58,083 bases of DNA, filler included, from Piptocephalis cylindrospora (GCA_003614145.1; 4 parts of 4 records of this genome joined end to end with filler, not necessarily neighbours in it); one strand, 5' to 3'; numbered from the whole stretch's first letter, positions 36,269 to 47,101 are shown. Notes: a model not told the origin generated them from the letters alone. Translations and numbers: made by a program.

Positions 36269-37276
36269 CTAATGTTCGGTCAGATCCGACCCGAAGCCCT
36301 TTTGGCTCATCAGGAGGGCATAGCGAGTAGCAACGGCAAACAGATCGATAGGAAGGCGACCAGGCGAAACTTTTCCGTAGCTGGGCTGAAGAACTCCGAA
36401 GTAGTCAAAAATGGCCATGAATTTGTTATAGTGGTCGCGTAAGTCACCATGCTTTCCCCAGAAAGCAGCAATGTCTCCGCTTTTGACCATCGTGTACACA
36501 TCAGTGTCCAGATCGACCATACGATCGTCGCCAGTGAGTTCTATCATACTTCGATGGCCCTTCGGGAGACCCTGCGCTATTGTTATGAAGCGGATGTGGA
36601 GGGGCGCGGTCAAGATATTGAGGAGAGCATCCCGACTGAGGCGCAGTCGGAAAGTGAAAAGATGAGATTGAATCCGCTGGTAATCTATGACGACCTTGAT
36701 CGCTCTAGCTAGCCCTGGCGTGTACTCGGGATGGATATTAGAGTAGGGGTAACCAGTGGTTAGAAAATGGAGTCTCTTTTCAATCATTGAGTAATATATG
36801 TTTAAGTGTTTGTCGAGGTGGCTGCATAGAAACTCCTCTTGGGCCAATTCCAGATGACGTTCAATTATATCGAGGCGCTTGGCATATGCGGGTATACACT
36901 GAGCGACAGCTTCCATGGCCCGCTCCTTTTCTATCTTCCTCTGGGCATCAATGGGCTTGGAGGCAGGAAGGAGACAACGGGGAGAGACGCCATCAGGAGG
37001 TATCTTGGATGTTTGAGCTACACCCATTTCATTGGCCAGTTTAAGGTAGGCCCTACGGTAGAGGAGACACATGAGCTGGGTAGGGATACCCAGATTACTG
37101 TAGGCTTTGTCGAGCTTATCAGTTACCGTGGTAGGAGGCTTAAAGATATTATGGATGAGAGGCGGACGTGAAGCATGGTGGTGCCTTATATCGTTGGTTG
37201 GTTTGGCCAAGACTTGCCCGTGATAAGTTGACGTAAGAAGACCGAGGGATGCGAGAAGGATGGGAGAGAGGCGCAT
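36269..37276 (-). CDS. Orphan secreted protein (335 aa)
   Basis: Signal-peptide-like MRLSPILLASLGLLTSTYHGQVLA, intronless ORF, TATAAAA at 37429-37423. No known domain recognised. Confidence 0.78.
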   Translation of the reverse strand: MRLSPILLASLGLLTSTYHGQVLAKPTNDIRHHHASRPPLIHNIFKPPTTVTDKLDKAYSNLGIPTQLMCLLYRRAYLKLANEMGVAQTSKIPPDGVSPRCLLPASKPIDAQRKIEKERAMEAVAQCIPAYAKRLDIIERHLELAQEEFLCSHLDKHLNIYYSMIEKRLHFLTTGYPYSNIHPEYTPGLARAIKVVIDYQRIQSHLFTFRLRLSRDALLNILTAPLHIRFITIAQGLPKGHRSMIELTGDDRMVDLDTDVYTMVKSGDIAAFWGKHGDLRDHYNKFMAIFDYFGVLQPSYGKVSPGRLPIDLFAVATRYALLMSQKGFGSDLTEH

Positions 37277-37503
37277 GGTATGTTCGGGAAAGAAATAAGG
37301 CGTCAGAATGGGGCAGATGAAGCTGAAGGAGATTGCGGAGTCTAATAACGTTTCAACAGTGGCGTAATGTAGAGAAGATGGAGAGAACGGAGAAATACAT
37401 TCGGGGAGAGCGTTCATGGCTCTTTTATATCGGTTGGGCGGGGGGAAAGGAAAAGAAACACATGGTTCCACCTGACTGTTAGCGGAGTGAGTGATAGGAC
37501 TCT

Positions 37504-37612
37504 ATGCAGATGGAGTAAACCGATTCAGTGGATTCAGTGGCCGTCCCAGATGCAGGTGGAGTAACCGATTCAGTGGATTCAATGGATTTAGTGGGCTCAG
37601 TGGCCGTCCCAG
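37504..37612. repeat. Imperfect tandem duplication with internal GATTCAGTG 9-mer array
   Basis: Two units ATGCAG(A/G)TGGAGTAA(A)CC-(GATTCAGTG-like)n-GCCGTCCCAG, with n=2 and n=4. Confidence 0.85.
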
Positions 37613-38335
37613 CAACTGAGCAGGAAAAGCAAGGGGTACCGAGCTTGTGATGGGCCTAATGAGACTGGCCTCGGGTAGCGAGGAGGCGTGTGGGCTTGAG
37701 CCTAACCTTTAGCCGGTATCTACGACACATAGTCTTGTCCTTATTTTATCCCTCCTCCTATCCCTCTTGGACGTGCTGGAGAGAAAAAGGTGTTGTTATC
37801 GGTGCATGTTTTTGGGTGTCAGGGAGAAGTGCTGTAAAGGCATTCAAGCCATCTTGGGCTCATTCAAGCCCATCTGGGATCCATTCTGGATGCAGCTTTG
37901 GACAGTTCATGGAACGAAAAAAGAGACACTGTCCAATCCTCTTGATGCATCCATGTCGGCAGGTTACGAGGGAGGGAAAGACACATGCCTGTTTCATCCC
38001 GGTGATGGATAGAGCGTCGGGAAAGAAGAGAGTGCACCTGACTCAACGAGGGCATGTAGGGGCAGTATCAGGAAATGCGGTTTGGAGAGGAAATGGTGTC
38101 CATCCTCCCCATTGACCCTGGCTCCCCGCATATGCGCGTACCCCCTCCTCTTTCTCCCACCCGCCCATATGCGCGCCTACACACACACATACACATATAG
38201 GGTAGGTAGATAATACACACACGTAGGCCCCCCCTCAAGGGCCACCAGCAGTGACATGGAAGGAGGGAGGAAGGAAGGGGTGAGATAAACCGTCTAAGAC
38301 AGGGACAAAGGTCGGGCGCCTCCTTCCCCTTTACT

Positions 38336-38367
<32 letters not shown>

Positions 38368-38400
38368 CCTCTTCCTTCCCTCCGTTCCCCCCCTCCCCCG

Positions 38401-39073
38401 ATGACCACCAAGAAGCCTACAGCACGTCTTAGGGTATTGAGTAGCAGAATGTCACGAGGACGAAGAAAGGGCTGCAAGGCCTTTGGATATGGGGGGTCCT
38501 GGCCCTGGTGTCCGCCCACCCTGTCGAAAAGGATGCAGTCCTCCTCACATCCCATGACGCTGTCCAAAAAGTGCAAACGTAGAAGAAGACACGGAGAAAG
38601 AGAGGGGAGAGGGGAGAAGATGCCCGAGATGTTGGTGAAATTACGACAAAGGGCGTTTGAGGACCTTCGACAGGAAAGCGTCCGACACGACCTGACCCTG
38701 GCCCGTCGGTTGAAATGGGTGGATCATCGGTATTTTCAGCTTGCGACCCGTGCATCATCGAGTCAGGAAGGGGGAGAGGAGGGAGAAGAGGAAGAGGGGG
38801 TGCGTGGGGGATGGGAAGGCGATGTGGATGAGGCCAGGGAGGAGGAGGAAGGGGAGGAGGAGGAGGGGGGGGGGGGGTCCTATGGGGGAATGGGCATTGA
38901 TACGGGCCTTTCAGCAGCAGGCAACGATCCACGATTACCACTTGATCTCGGATTGGGAGGAACGAGGAGGGTCTGGGATGGCGGGTCGTACGGTTGAAAC
39001 GTCCAGCTCCCTAGGGAAAAGGATGATGAAGGGAACCGTGGATTGGGCCCCTGGGTATGGTGATCTCTGGTGA
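38401..39073 (+). CDS. Hypothetical protein (possible frameshift at the G13 run 38865-38877)
   Basis: Helical LVKLRQRAFEDLRQESVRHDLTLARRLKW segment and an acidic tract. A second frame (EWALIRAFQQQATIHDY) continues after the G run. The start is uncertain. Confidence 0.45.
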
Positions 39074-39332
39074 GGCCAGGGGAGAAGACTCGAGGCCCCC
39101 CCCTTCTCTACCGGGCCTGAGGGCAATTCCGTTGTAAATGTACATTGCCATTGATTGTTCATGAGGGGGGGGGGGAAAGAGGAGGGAAAGGGTATTGTAT
39201 TTCTGTGGACGGATGGTCCCATCCATCGCAGTCCAAACACGCGGATTCCTTGTCCCCCCCTCCCCTCCGTGTATCGCGTACGACAGCATCAGGAAGAAGA
39301 AGAAGAAGAAGAAGAGGGGGAAAGGATGGTTG

Positions 39333-39999
39333 TTACAGAGTATCTTCCTCGTGGGAAAAGAAGCGATTGTAGGCCACGATAGTGCCATACACCATGGAAC
39401 CACCCAGGATACACTGGATGGCTGCCCCTACTTGAATCTATGGGGGAGGTATCGGCGGAGTGAGTGAGGAGGGATGCGATGCATGGAAGCAAGCCCCACG
39501 GCCATGACCATTCCCTACGTACCACGGATGCTCGGGAGAGTAGGATAGGAAGGCTGACCCCGGACACCAGGAGGATCGAGGTAATGAAGATGCCAGCATC
39601 GATGAATCCACTATGAATGGATGGACAGGCAGAGGGATGAGTGGGGAAGGGGAGAGAAGAGGACATGGAGCCTCGGCTAGATCGTACCTTTGAGTATCCT
39701 CCAGGAGGTCCTCACTAATACCACACCGTAGACACAATCGATTGGGTATGGGGGCAATGGCAAAGGTCAAGGCGACGAGGAGAGGCCACCAATTTCTAAG
39801 GGGGAAGGGGGCATCAGTAGGAGAAAAGGGCATGGGGATGGGGATGGGGCTGAGGCTGAACTTACCCGTAAAGTGAACAAGAAAGGATGATCAGGAGGAA
39901 CCCACATGCTAGAAGAAAGGCAAGGGCGATGATACTAGGGGATGGAGATGAGGTGTGGAAGCCGAGATACACCCTAGACCAGGAGGGAAAAGACTTACG
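39333..39999 (-). CDS. VPS55: Vacuolar protein sorting 55 (OB-RGRP family); first exon not located
   Basis: Exons 39999 (1 nt, putative), 39934-39866, 39795-39688, 39610-39523 and 39437-39333 give IIALAFLLACGFLLIILSCSLYGNWWPLLVALTFAIAPIPN...DAGIFITSILLVSGVSLPILL...GGSMVYGTIVAYNRFF. Confidence 0.92.
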
Positions 40000-40989
40000 C
40001 TAGGGAAACAAAGGGAACGAGATGGGTGGGGGGGGGGGGGGGGGGGGGGGGAAAAAAAAGCAAGGGTATGTGATACACTCGGGGGGGTCGTGGACGCGAC
40101 ACCCCATCTTTTTCCTCACCCCCACTTGGACAGCGGCGTGGGAAGGAGAGGGGGAGGGAGGGAGGAAGTGAAAGTGGTCAAGAAGACACGGGTGGGGAGA
40201 TGAGGGGAGATAAAGATGGGAATCAGCAGCTTGTTGTCCTGTTGGTCCGGGGAGCAGGGCAAGGACGTCTCTTTCAATGATCCAGAGGAGGGTGGTGAGG
40301 GCGAGCAAGGGAGAGGGGGGAATACAAAGAGGGAGAGGAGACTTGGACATCATTCCCCTGTCAACCCACCATGACCACACAGACTGTAGGGGAAGACAGT
40401 GGGCTCTCAGGTCCCCTCCTCAGGGTCACAGGGCGAGTAGGGGAGGAAGGAGAGGGAGAGCGGAGTGAGAGGAGAGTGTGCTAGTAGTAACAGCGAGATG
40501 TATGAGGAGAGTGTGCTAGCATCTCCCCATACTCATCTCAGACTGGGATATTTGAAATAATTGAACGAAATATTTCATATCCCACAGATGATCATCCAGG
40601 TCAGATTCACCTCAAATTGGACTCTGGTGGATCTCTAAAAATGTGCATTGTGGGGCAATTTTGACCTTTTTCGGCTGTGTCTAATACACTAGCCTATTTT
40701 CTCTCTCGATGCTCCCTCGAGAATCTGACCTGAGAGAGAGTGGGACGTATTTTCCCTCTAACAAAAAAGAGTCATTCCGCCTTTTTTTTTCTCCCTCCTT
40801 GTGCAAGGATAAAAACAACTCTACAACACGTCCTCCCCTCCACCCCCTCCCCTCTTTCCTTTCTCTCATCTCCCCCACCCCTAACCCTGTCTTCATCTAC
40901 TCCTTTCCCGTGTTTGTGAGGCTCTTTCCCCCTTTTCCCCATTTAGCCAAGGATCACCCGCCCCCCGCCCCCCCAACTCCAATCCCATC

Positions 40990-41370
40990 ATGTCCGAAGT
41001 CAACGCCAAGGCCTATCCCCTCGCCGATGAGACCCTAACCAACCAGATCCTCGACCTGGTCCAGCAAGCCTCCCACTACAAGCAGCTGAAGAAGGGGGCC
41101 AACGAGGCCACCAAGACCCTGAACCGCGGTATCTCCGAATTCATCGTCCTGACCGCCGATACCGAGCCCATTGAGATCCTTCTTCACTTGCCCCTTTTGT
41201 GCGAGGACAAGAACGTCCCCTACGTCTTTGTCCCCTCCAAGACTGCTCTTGGTCGCGCTTGCGGTGTCACCCGCCCCGTCATTGCCGCCTCCGTCACTAC
41301 CAACGAGGCCTCTGATCTGATTCCCCAGATCTTGCAGCTCAAGACTGACATTGAGAAGCTTCTTATCTAA
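40990..41370 (+). CDS. SNU13: U4/U6.U5 and box C/D snoRNP protein Snu13 (15.5K/NHP2L1)
   Basis: KAYPLAD...[16 protein letters not shown]...[39 protein letters not shown]; intronless, 126 aa. Confidence 0.98.
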   Translation: MSEVNAKAYPLADETLTNQILDLVQQASHYKQLKKGANEATKTLNRGISEFIVLTADTEPIEILLHLPLLCEDKNVPYVFVPSKTALGRACGVTRPVIAASVTTNEASDLIPQILQLKTDIEKLLI

Positions 41371-41536
41371 GGAATGACTGGTGCGTGGGTGTGTGTGTCT
41401 CTTGCTATTTAGAGAGAGCATCGTGAATAGAGGTAATTTGGTGCCGTTGAATTGAGTTGTCTTGATGATGATGATATGTGCCACATTAGGCTCTACGCCT
41501 CCCTTTCTGATCATGATCAACCGCCCTACTGACATG

Positions 41537-41576
41537 AACAACAACAGCAACAACAACAACAACAACAACAACAACA
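41537..41576. repeat. (AAC)n microsatellite
   Basis: About 13 AAC units with one AGC interruption, downstream of SNU13. Confidence 0.9.
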
Positions 41577-42541
41577 GTGCATGGACTATTGGCCCCCTTC
41601 CCCTCCATATTCATCTCTCACATCCTGTTAATGTATCGAGCGAGCGGTCAGACTCATTTCCGTCTTCTTCCTCCGCCGATCTAGAGAAGAGGGTACTTTT
41701 CTCTCTCTCTCTCCAGTCCACAGTGGACAGGAAAAGTCAGGGTCATTCCTCCCCCCATGGATCAGGCTGTCCACCCTTTCATTACCCCAGATGACGATGA
41801 GAAAAGGCACACTCTCTGATATGAATCCTTAGAGTAGTAAGGAGAAGGGAAGGGGAGGGTGTGCGTGACCCCTCATACTATGGACCCTGGGGATGTGACC
41901 CGCATAATTGCTCCCCGATGATCCCTGTAAAAGAGGCTCGATTCGCTGTCCGTGTGTATATGAACCCTAGAGGTAAGGGAGGAGGGATACACAAAGGGTC
42001 TCCCCCCCCCCCTCTCTCCCTAGGAAACAGGCCTCCCTATTTAAAAACTCCACCTCTGTACCCTACTCTGTATCGAACCCCGCTCTCCCCCTTCTTACTC
42101 CGCCACTCTCTTCACACATCCCCGACCCACGGCCCCCACAACATCTAAACCCCCTCCCGCCTGCCTCATGCAATGAGAACGGCTCCTCGCCTCACCCCAT
42201 TCCACCTATAGCCCCGACCCATCCTGTCCTCTGTACCTCTCCTCTCCACCCTCTCTCCTTCTTTCTTCCCCTGCTTCTGCTTTCCAGCCCCATCCCTCTC
42301 CTCTCTCCCCTCTCCTCTCTCTCCCCTTTTTTTTTCTCTCTCTTTTCTCTCTCTTTTTGGACTATTCTCCCTTTTCTCCTCCCTCTTTTTTACTTCAATC
42401 ACTCTTCCAGGCTTTTAACAACAACGGTCCATCCCTCTCCCTCAATTCTCTCTTTTCTCTCTTCCTCTCTCTCTCCTTTCCTCTCTCCCCTTCCTTCACC
42501 TTTCCTCCCAGCCCCTCCCCTCCCATTTCCTCCAACATACC

Positions 42542-43604
42542 ATGTCGGTCGGGATGCAAGACCCTCGCATCTCGCAGATCTTGCCGACGATGAAGTGCAA
42601 TGACTGCGGGGTAGACATTGAATTCCGCCGGATTGCTGAACATCGGTGTGGAGAGGCCCCCCCCATGCCCGCCCTCCCGCCCATGCCCTCGACCCTCCAC
42701 AAAAAGGACTCTGGAGGGTCCTCCTTGGGATCATCTGCCGGCTCAAATGACTTTACCAAACCCAGGGAAGCTCCAAAGCCTCCTTCCTCCGCCTCCTCCT
42801 CCACCTCCGCCTCCGCCTCCTCCAAAGCCCCTCCCCCCTCGTCCTCATCGCATAAATCTCCCTCCTCCTCAGAGGGTTCTCAGGGTCTATCGGGGCTACT
42901 GGCTCAATCCCGTCTCCCCTTCCTCTCCTCCTCATCCTCCTCCTCCTCCTCCTCGTCCCCCACTATGGCCCCCTCCAGGTCGATCGACGATGAGGATCGG
43001 TCCTCTACCCCCCGTAAACGTTACGACTCCCCAGAGACATACCGATCAGAGCAAAAAGACCCTCTGTCCAATTCCCGATCCGATCATGATTCGATCCCCA
43101 TTCAGGGACTCAACCCATACGCCGATGAATTTGCTGAGGATACCAAGGACATGGCCACCTCTAAACCCTCTCTGAACTTCCTGGAACGGTACAATCAACT
43201 AGTAGGGGATGGGTCCGGCAGTCAATTGGCCATGCCTCCCCCCCGCCTCCAAGCCCTCCTTATCCATCTCCACCTCGGTTCAGACCCCCTCTAGGCCCTC
43301 TAGGCCCTCTCCCCCCTCCATCTCCCCCTCCTCCATGACCCATCCCAAGGGTCGGAGCAGCGAGGATAGATACCGATCTCCCCTCGACTCCCCCACCTTC
43401 TCCACCCCAAGGGCTGCCCCCAAGCCTCCAGGGGGACAGGATCGCTTCCGGTCCGCTTCCTCAGCCTCCTCCCACTCTCGTCCCACTCCTCCCCCCTATG
43501 CCAATCAATGGGGAGCCGATTCGAGCCCACTGGGCTCCCCGGGCTTCACCCCCACCAAGGATCTCTTCAAGGAGCCTCCCAGACGCGCCCCACGTCCTCC
43601 TCCC
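42542..43604 (+). CDS. Fungal LIM/paxillin-type protein N-terminus (C2HC zinc finger + Pro/Ser-rich region), truncated by gap, with a homopolymer frameshift
   Basis: LPTMKCNDCGVDIEFRRIAEHRC resembles the N-terminal finger of fungal LIM proteins. The coding-like frame switches at C7 43238-43244. The LIM domains themselves are not visible in the window. Confidence 0.6.
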
Positions 43605-43704
43605 NNNNNNNNNNNNNNNNNNNNNNNNNNNNNNNNNNNNNNNNNNNNTTAATTAATTAANNNNNNNNNNNNNNNNNNNNNNNNNNNNNNNNNNNNNNNN
43701 NNNN
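43605..43704. other. Artificial scaffold spacer
   Basis: 44 N + TTAATTAATTAA + 44 N. Confidence 0.97.
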
Positions 43705-43760
43705 TCCTTTCCTTTCCTTTCCTTTCCTTTCCTTTCCTTTCCTTTCCTTTCCTTTCCTTC
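43705..43760. repeat. (TCCTT)n pentanucleotide repeat at contig end
   Basis: About 11 units of TCCTT adjoining the gap. Confidence 0.9.
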
Positions 43761-44006
43761 CCTTGGCTTTTACCCGGCATGGTTACCATATGCATTTGGT
43801 TACAGGAAGATTGCTTTTCGAACACGGCCAAGAGTGGATCAATCAACATCATGGTATATGAACAAGGACAAACAGTCTTTTCCGCTCCCGCCTCCCCCCT
43901 CTCCCCATCCCCTTCTCTCGTTCCAGCATTCTGGAGGAGGGAAAAGAAGTGGTTCATGACCAGACTAGAGTACGCATCGACTTTCCTCTCATTGTCCTAC
44001 AATACG

Positions 44007-45063
44007 TTAGAGGGCAGGATGCATCCTACGCTGCTCCTCTGTGGTGTGGCTAGAGTTGGGCTCGGAGGGAGTCGTGGGGATTTGGGCAAAAGGGACACTA
44101 CTACCGCCAGCCGCGGAGGGCCCTTTAGAGGAAGAGGAGGGCCCAAAGGTGGAGGAAGAGGATCCTAAGGAGGATCCCGTGGAGTTGGAGCCCAGGCTAG
44201 AGCGTCCGAACGACTGAGAAGTAGAGGTAGAACCCGTCTTGGATGAGCCTGTACCCATCCAGGAATCCACATGGCCAGCCCCACCCACAGACCCGATCAT
44301 GCCCTCCTTGACCGCAGGAGGGGTGGGGGCAGCGGAGTTGGATGAGACAGGAGGAGAGGCTGAGGAGGAGGTGATAGAAGGAGCACTCCCAGATGGGGTG
44401 ACCAAAGTCTTGTCCATGGAGGAGGTGTCCTGAGGGTTTATCGTGGACATGAATGTACTGGAGCCAGTGCCCGAGGAAGCAATGCTTGTACTATGGAACG
44501 GCTTGACATTCGAAGAGGAGGATGAGACACCACCAGCCATGGACGGTTTGTTGATGGAAGAGCCCATGGAAGAGCCAAAGGAGGGCTTGTCCTCCATTGA
44601 AGCACCATACGTACTGGTACCAAGGGATGGCTTATTCGAGATGGAAGAAGGCTTGACAATGTTGTGAGAGCTTTCCATGGTGGAGCCGTTCATGGAAGAG
44701 GTACCCATGGTGGAGTCTCCCATAGCGGAGCTGGGAGACGAGCTGGTAGTGGAAGACTTGGAAGTATCAGCGGAAGAGGAGACGCCCTTGCCATCTCCGA
44801 TGTCCTTGTTCTTGGGGTTGGATGGAGAAGTGGCCCACATCTTGCCCAGCTCACTCATGAGCTCCTTTTGAGTGTAGTTGGGATGATTGGACTTGACTCG
44901 ACTCATATTTTCCTTGACGAACCTGTTGTAGGCCGACATTTTGGCTGGATGATAAGGAGGGGTGGTGAGCTACGCTGGGGACACCATGGATGAAGCAGAT
45001 AATCAAGTGACCCCTCCTCGATTACGTCACGGGGAGCTACTTACAGGATCTGGACTTTGGCAT
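44007..45063 (-). CDS. YABBY/HMG-box-like domain protein with long Ser-rich tail
   Basis: Exon 1 45063-45045 (MPKSRS), intron 45044-44945. SAYNRFVKENMSRVKSNHPNYTQKELMSELGKMWATSPSNPKN matches the HMG-like YABBY helix-loop-helix pattern. Confidence 0.75.
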
Positions 45064-46411
45064 GATGAAAAGGGGTGAATTGCGAGGAGAGTGCGACAAG
45101 TAAGCGTTGGAAATGGGGGAGATAGGGAGAGGGGAAGGAAAGAGGGAAGGAGGAGAGAATGGTGCAGCATCCCTTGTCTCCCCTCTCCTTCCCTCATCCA
45201 CGCCATCGTCCCTTTTTCTAGCAGGATGGTCCTGGACCAAGGGACCCGCCTCTCCCCACCTCGGAGATATGATGGGCGGAGGGGCACCGGAGACAATGAT
45301 GAGAGAGGCCCACTCGGAGTCTCTCATTCTCATTACACGGCAGTCGTCATGTCTTGTGAGGGGGTAGCTCCGTCTTTGTGGGTAGGACTAATCTGGCATG
45401 GCCAGGGTAGAGAAGGAAGGTACGTGTATGTGGGGGGAAGGTGTAGAGAGGTATGGGAGGGGGGGGGGGGGAGAGAGAGCGAGTGCGTATGTGTGAGGTA
45501 CTCCCCATCCTTGACGAGTCATGTCTCACCCCCCTTCAGCTCTCCATCGTTCCTTGCCAAGTCGAGAGGGGGCTTCGACGGTGAGAGAAAGTGACACCTT
45601 GGAGGCGTGAGTAGTACGTATGCTGCTGCTCAGGGGAGAGAGAGAGGATATCCGATGCCATTTCTACTGTCCATTCCCCTTCAAAGAGAGCCAAGAAGAG
45701 GAGGATGTGGACATTAGTTATTATCTCATTCATGCTCCAACAGCATTTTGACTCATTGGTGTCATTATGAAGACATCATTGGATACCGGCTGGCATTCAC
45801 ATCCCCCGCCTCACATACTGAAGGATGGCATAGACTACATAGACCAGAACTGCTCTTCTTCCGATGAATGCTTCCCTATAGCGCGGAGCAGAGGTCTTCC
45901 TCCTCTCTCACCCACTTTTACGCTTCACGGACCTTTGCCTCTCCACCCTCATTTGGCTGTACCGGAGCTATCGAGACATGGGGAGAAAAGCGCTACCACT
46001 AAGCACTTTGGCTGAACCTTACCATTTTATCCCATCGAGATGACTGGCTGACTGTTTTTATTACTACGGCAAGCCTGCTACTGCTCGTGTGATATTCTTT
46101 TGTCCATGGGTCGGCTGAGCCTGTGAATACCGCCTCTTGGCCATGCTGGTGGGGTAGTTTGGTGTATATATGCCGCTAGCATAGCATAAAGAAGAGAGAT
46201 TGTTGTCTTTCTCAAGACATGAGGGGTATGGCCAGAGCCTTCCCCCCGACCGTTCCACATGCGTCTCGCAGATAATTAATTAGTCATATCTCTCAACCAT
46301 TGGTACATCACGCATGGAATGGATGGTATGATCTATGAGTACTGCCCTCCCCCCCCTCCCCCCCCTAGCCCTAGGTCAGCCTCTATACAGTCCAATCTGA
46401 CTTGCTAGACA

Positions 46412-46923
46412 CTACTCCCGCTGGCCCTTCTCTTCCGCCTGTCGTAGAGCATCCAAACGCTGACGATTCCTCTTGAGGAGGATACGTTCGACATTGGACC
46501 GTTCGATCGGGGCCATCTCTGCCCAATTGTTAATCCTGCTGATGGACCCATCTACATTGACCACTGGAGTTTCCCAGCGGGATCGGGGCAGTGAAGAGAG
46601 TGAAATTTAGGAAATCTAGCAGGGTGCTTTTGCGTACACGAACACAATGACTTACCCACTGGACCAAGACTTTCTAGACGAGCGGTTGAGCCCAAAGGCG
46701 TCTGGTCTGCCGTGTCGGTCGAGGGCAAGGCCAGGGGTGCCCCGTCCGTGGGGGGTTCTTCCTTTTTCTGCGCGTATACGGGTCTGCTGGACATGGCGTA
46801 CGACCGGGTGGGGATGGTGAAGGAAAGTGGCAGGTACTTGGGGGTGTAGCGAGGGAGTTGCAGCAAGGCTTGAAGGACTCGAGGGCCAGGCATGGAGGGG
46901 AAAGGAGAGTTGGAGCTGGACAC
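46412..46923 (-). CDS. Conserved uncharacterised small protein, possibly mitochondrial
   Basis: Intron at 46655-46564. Motif LESLGPVVVNVDGSISRINNWAEM...ER...RILLKRNRQRL, with an Arg/Ser-rich presequence-like N-terminus. The start could be 46893. Confidence 0.75.
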
Positions 46924-47101
46924 GTACAGCTCTGTGTATCCTGGATCAATGAGATGTACGGTGACTTACCTTCTGGGCTCAAAAGAATATCTCGAGCAGT
47001 ATGTGGGGATAATTTGTGCTTTTCCTTGTCCTACTTTCGGCCATGATCGGCCAAGCCACCGCGCCTCTCTTCTCTCTCTTGGTTCCTCTTTAAGTCACAT
47101 C

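Noticed and set aside
40218..40358. Minus-strand box C/D-like pair (ATGATGT...CTGA with GGGAA/TTCCC ends)
   Set aside because: Box C is imperfect, the interior is low complexity, and no rRNA complementarity was recognised.
40597..40732. MITE with 12-bp terminal inverted repeats
   Set aside because: No target-site duplication and no second copy in the window; kept only as part of the fold-back finding.
40878..40888. CCCTAACCCT as a telomerase RNA template
   Set aside because: A short match in a C/T-rich leader is expected by chance, and no downstream pseudoknot was seen.
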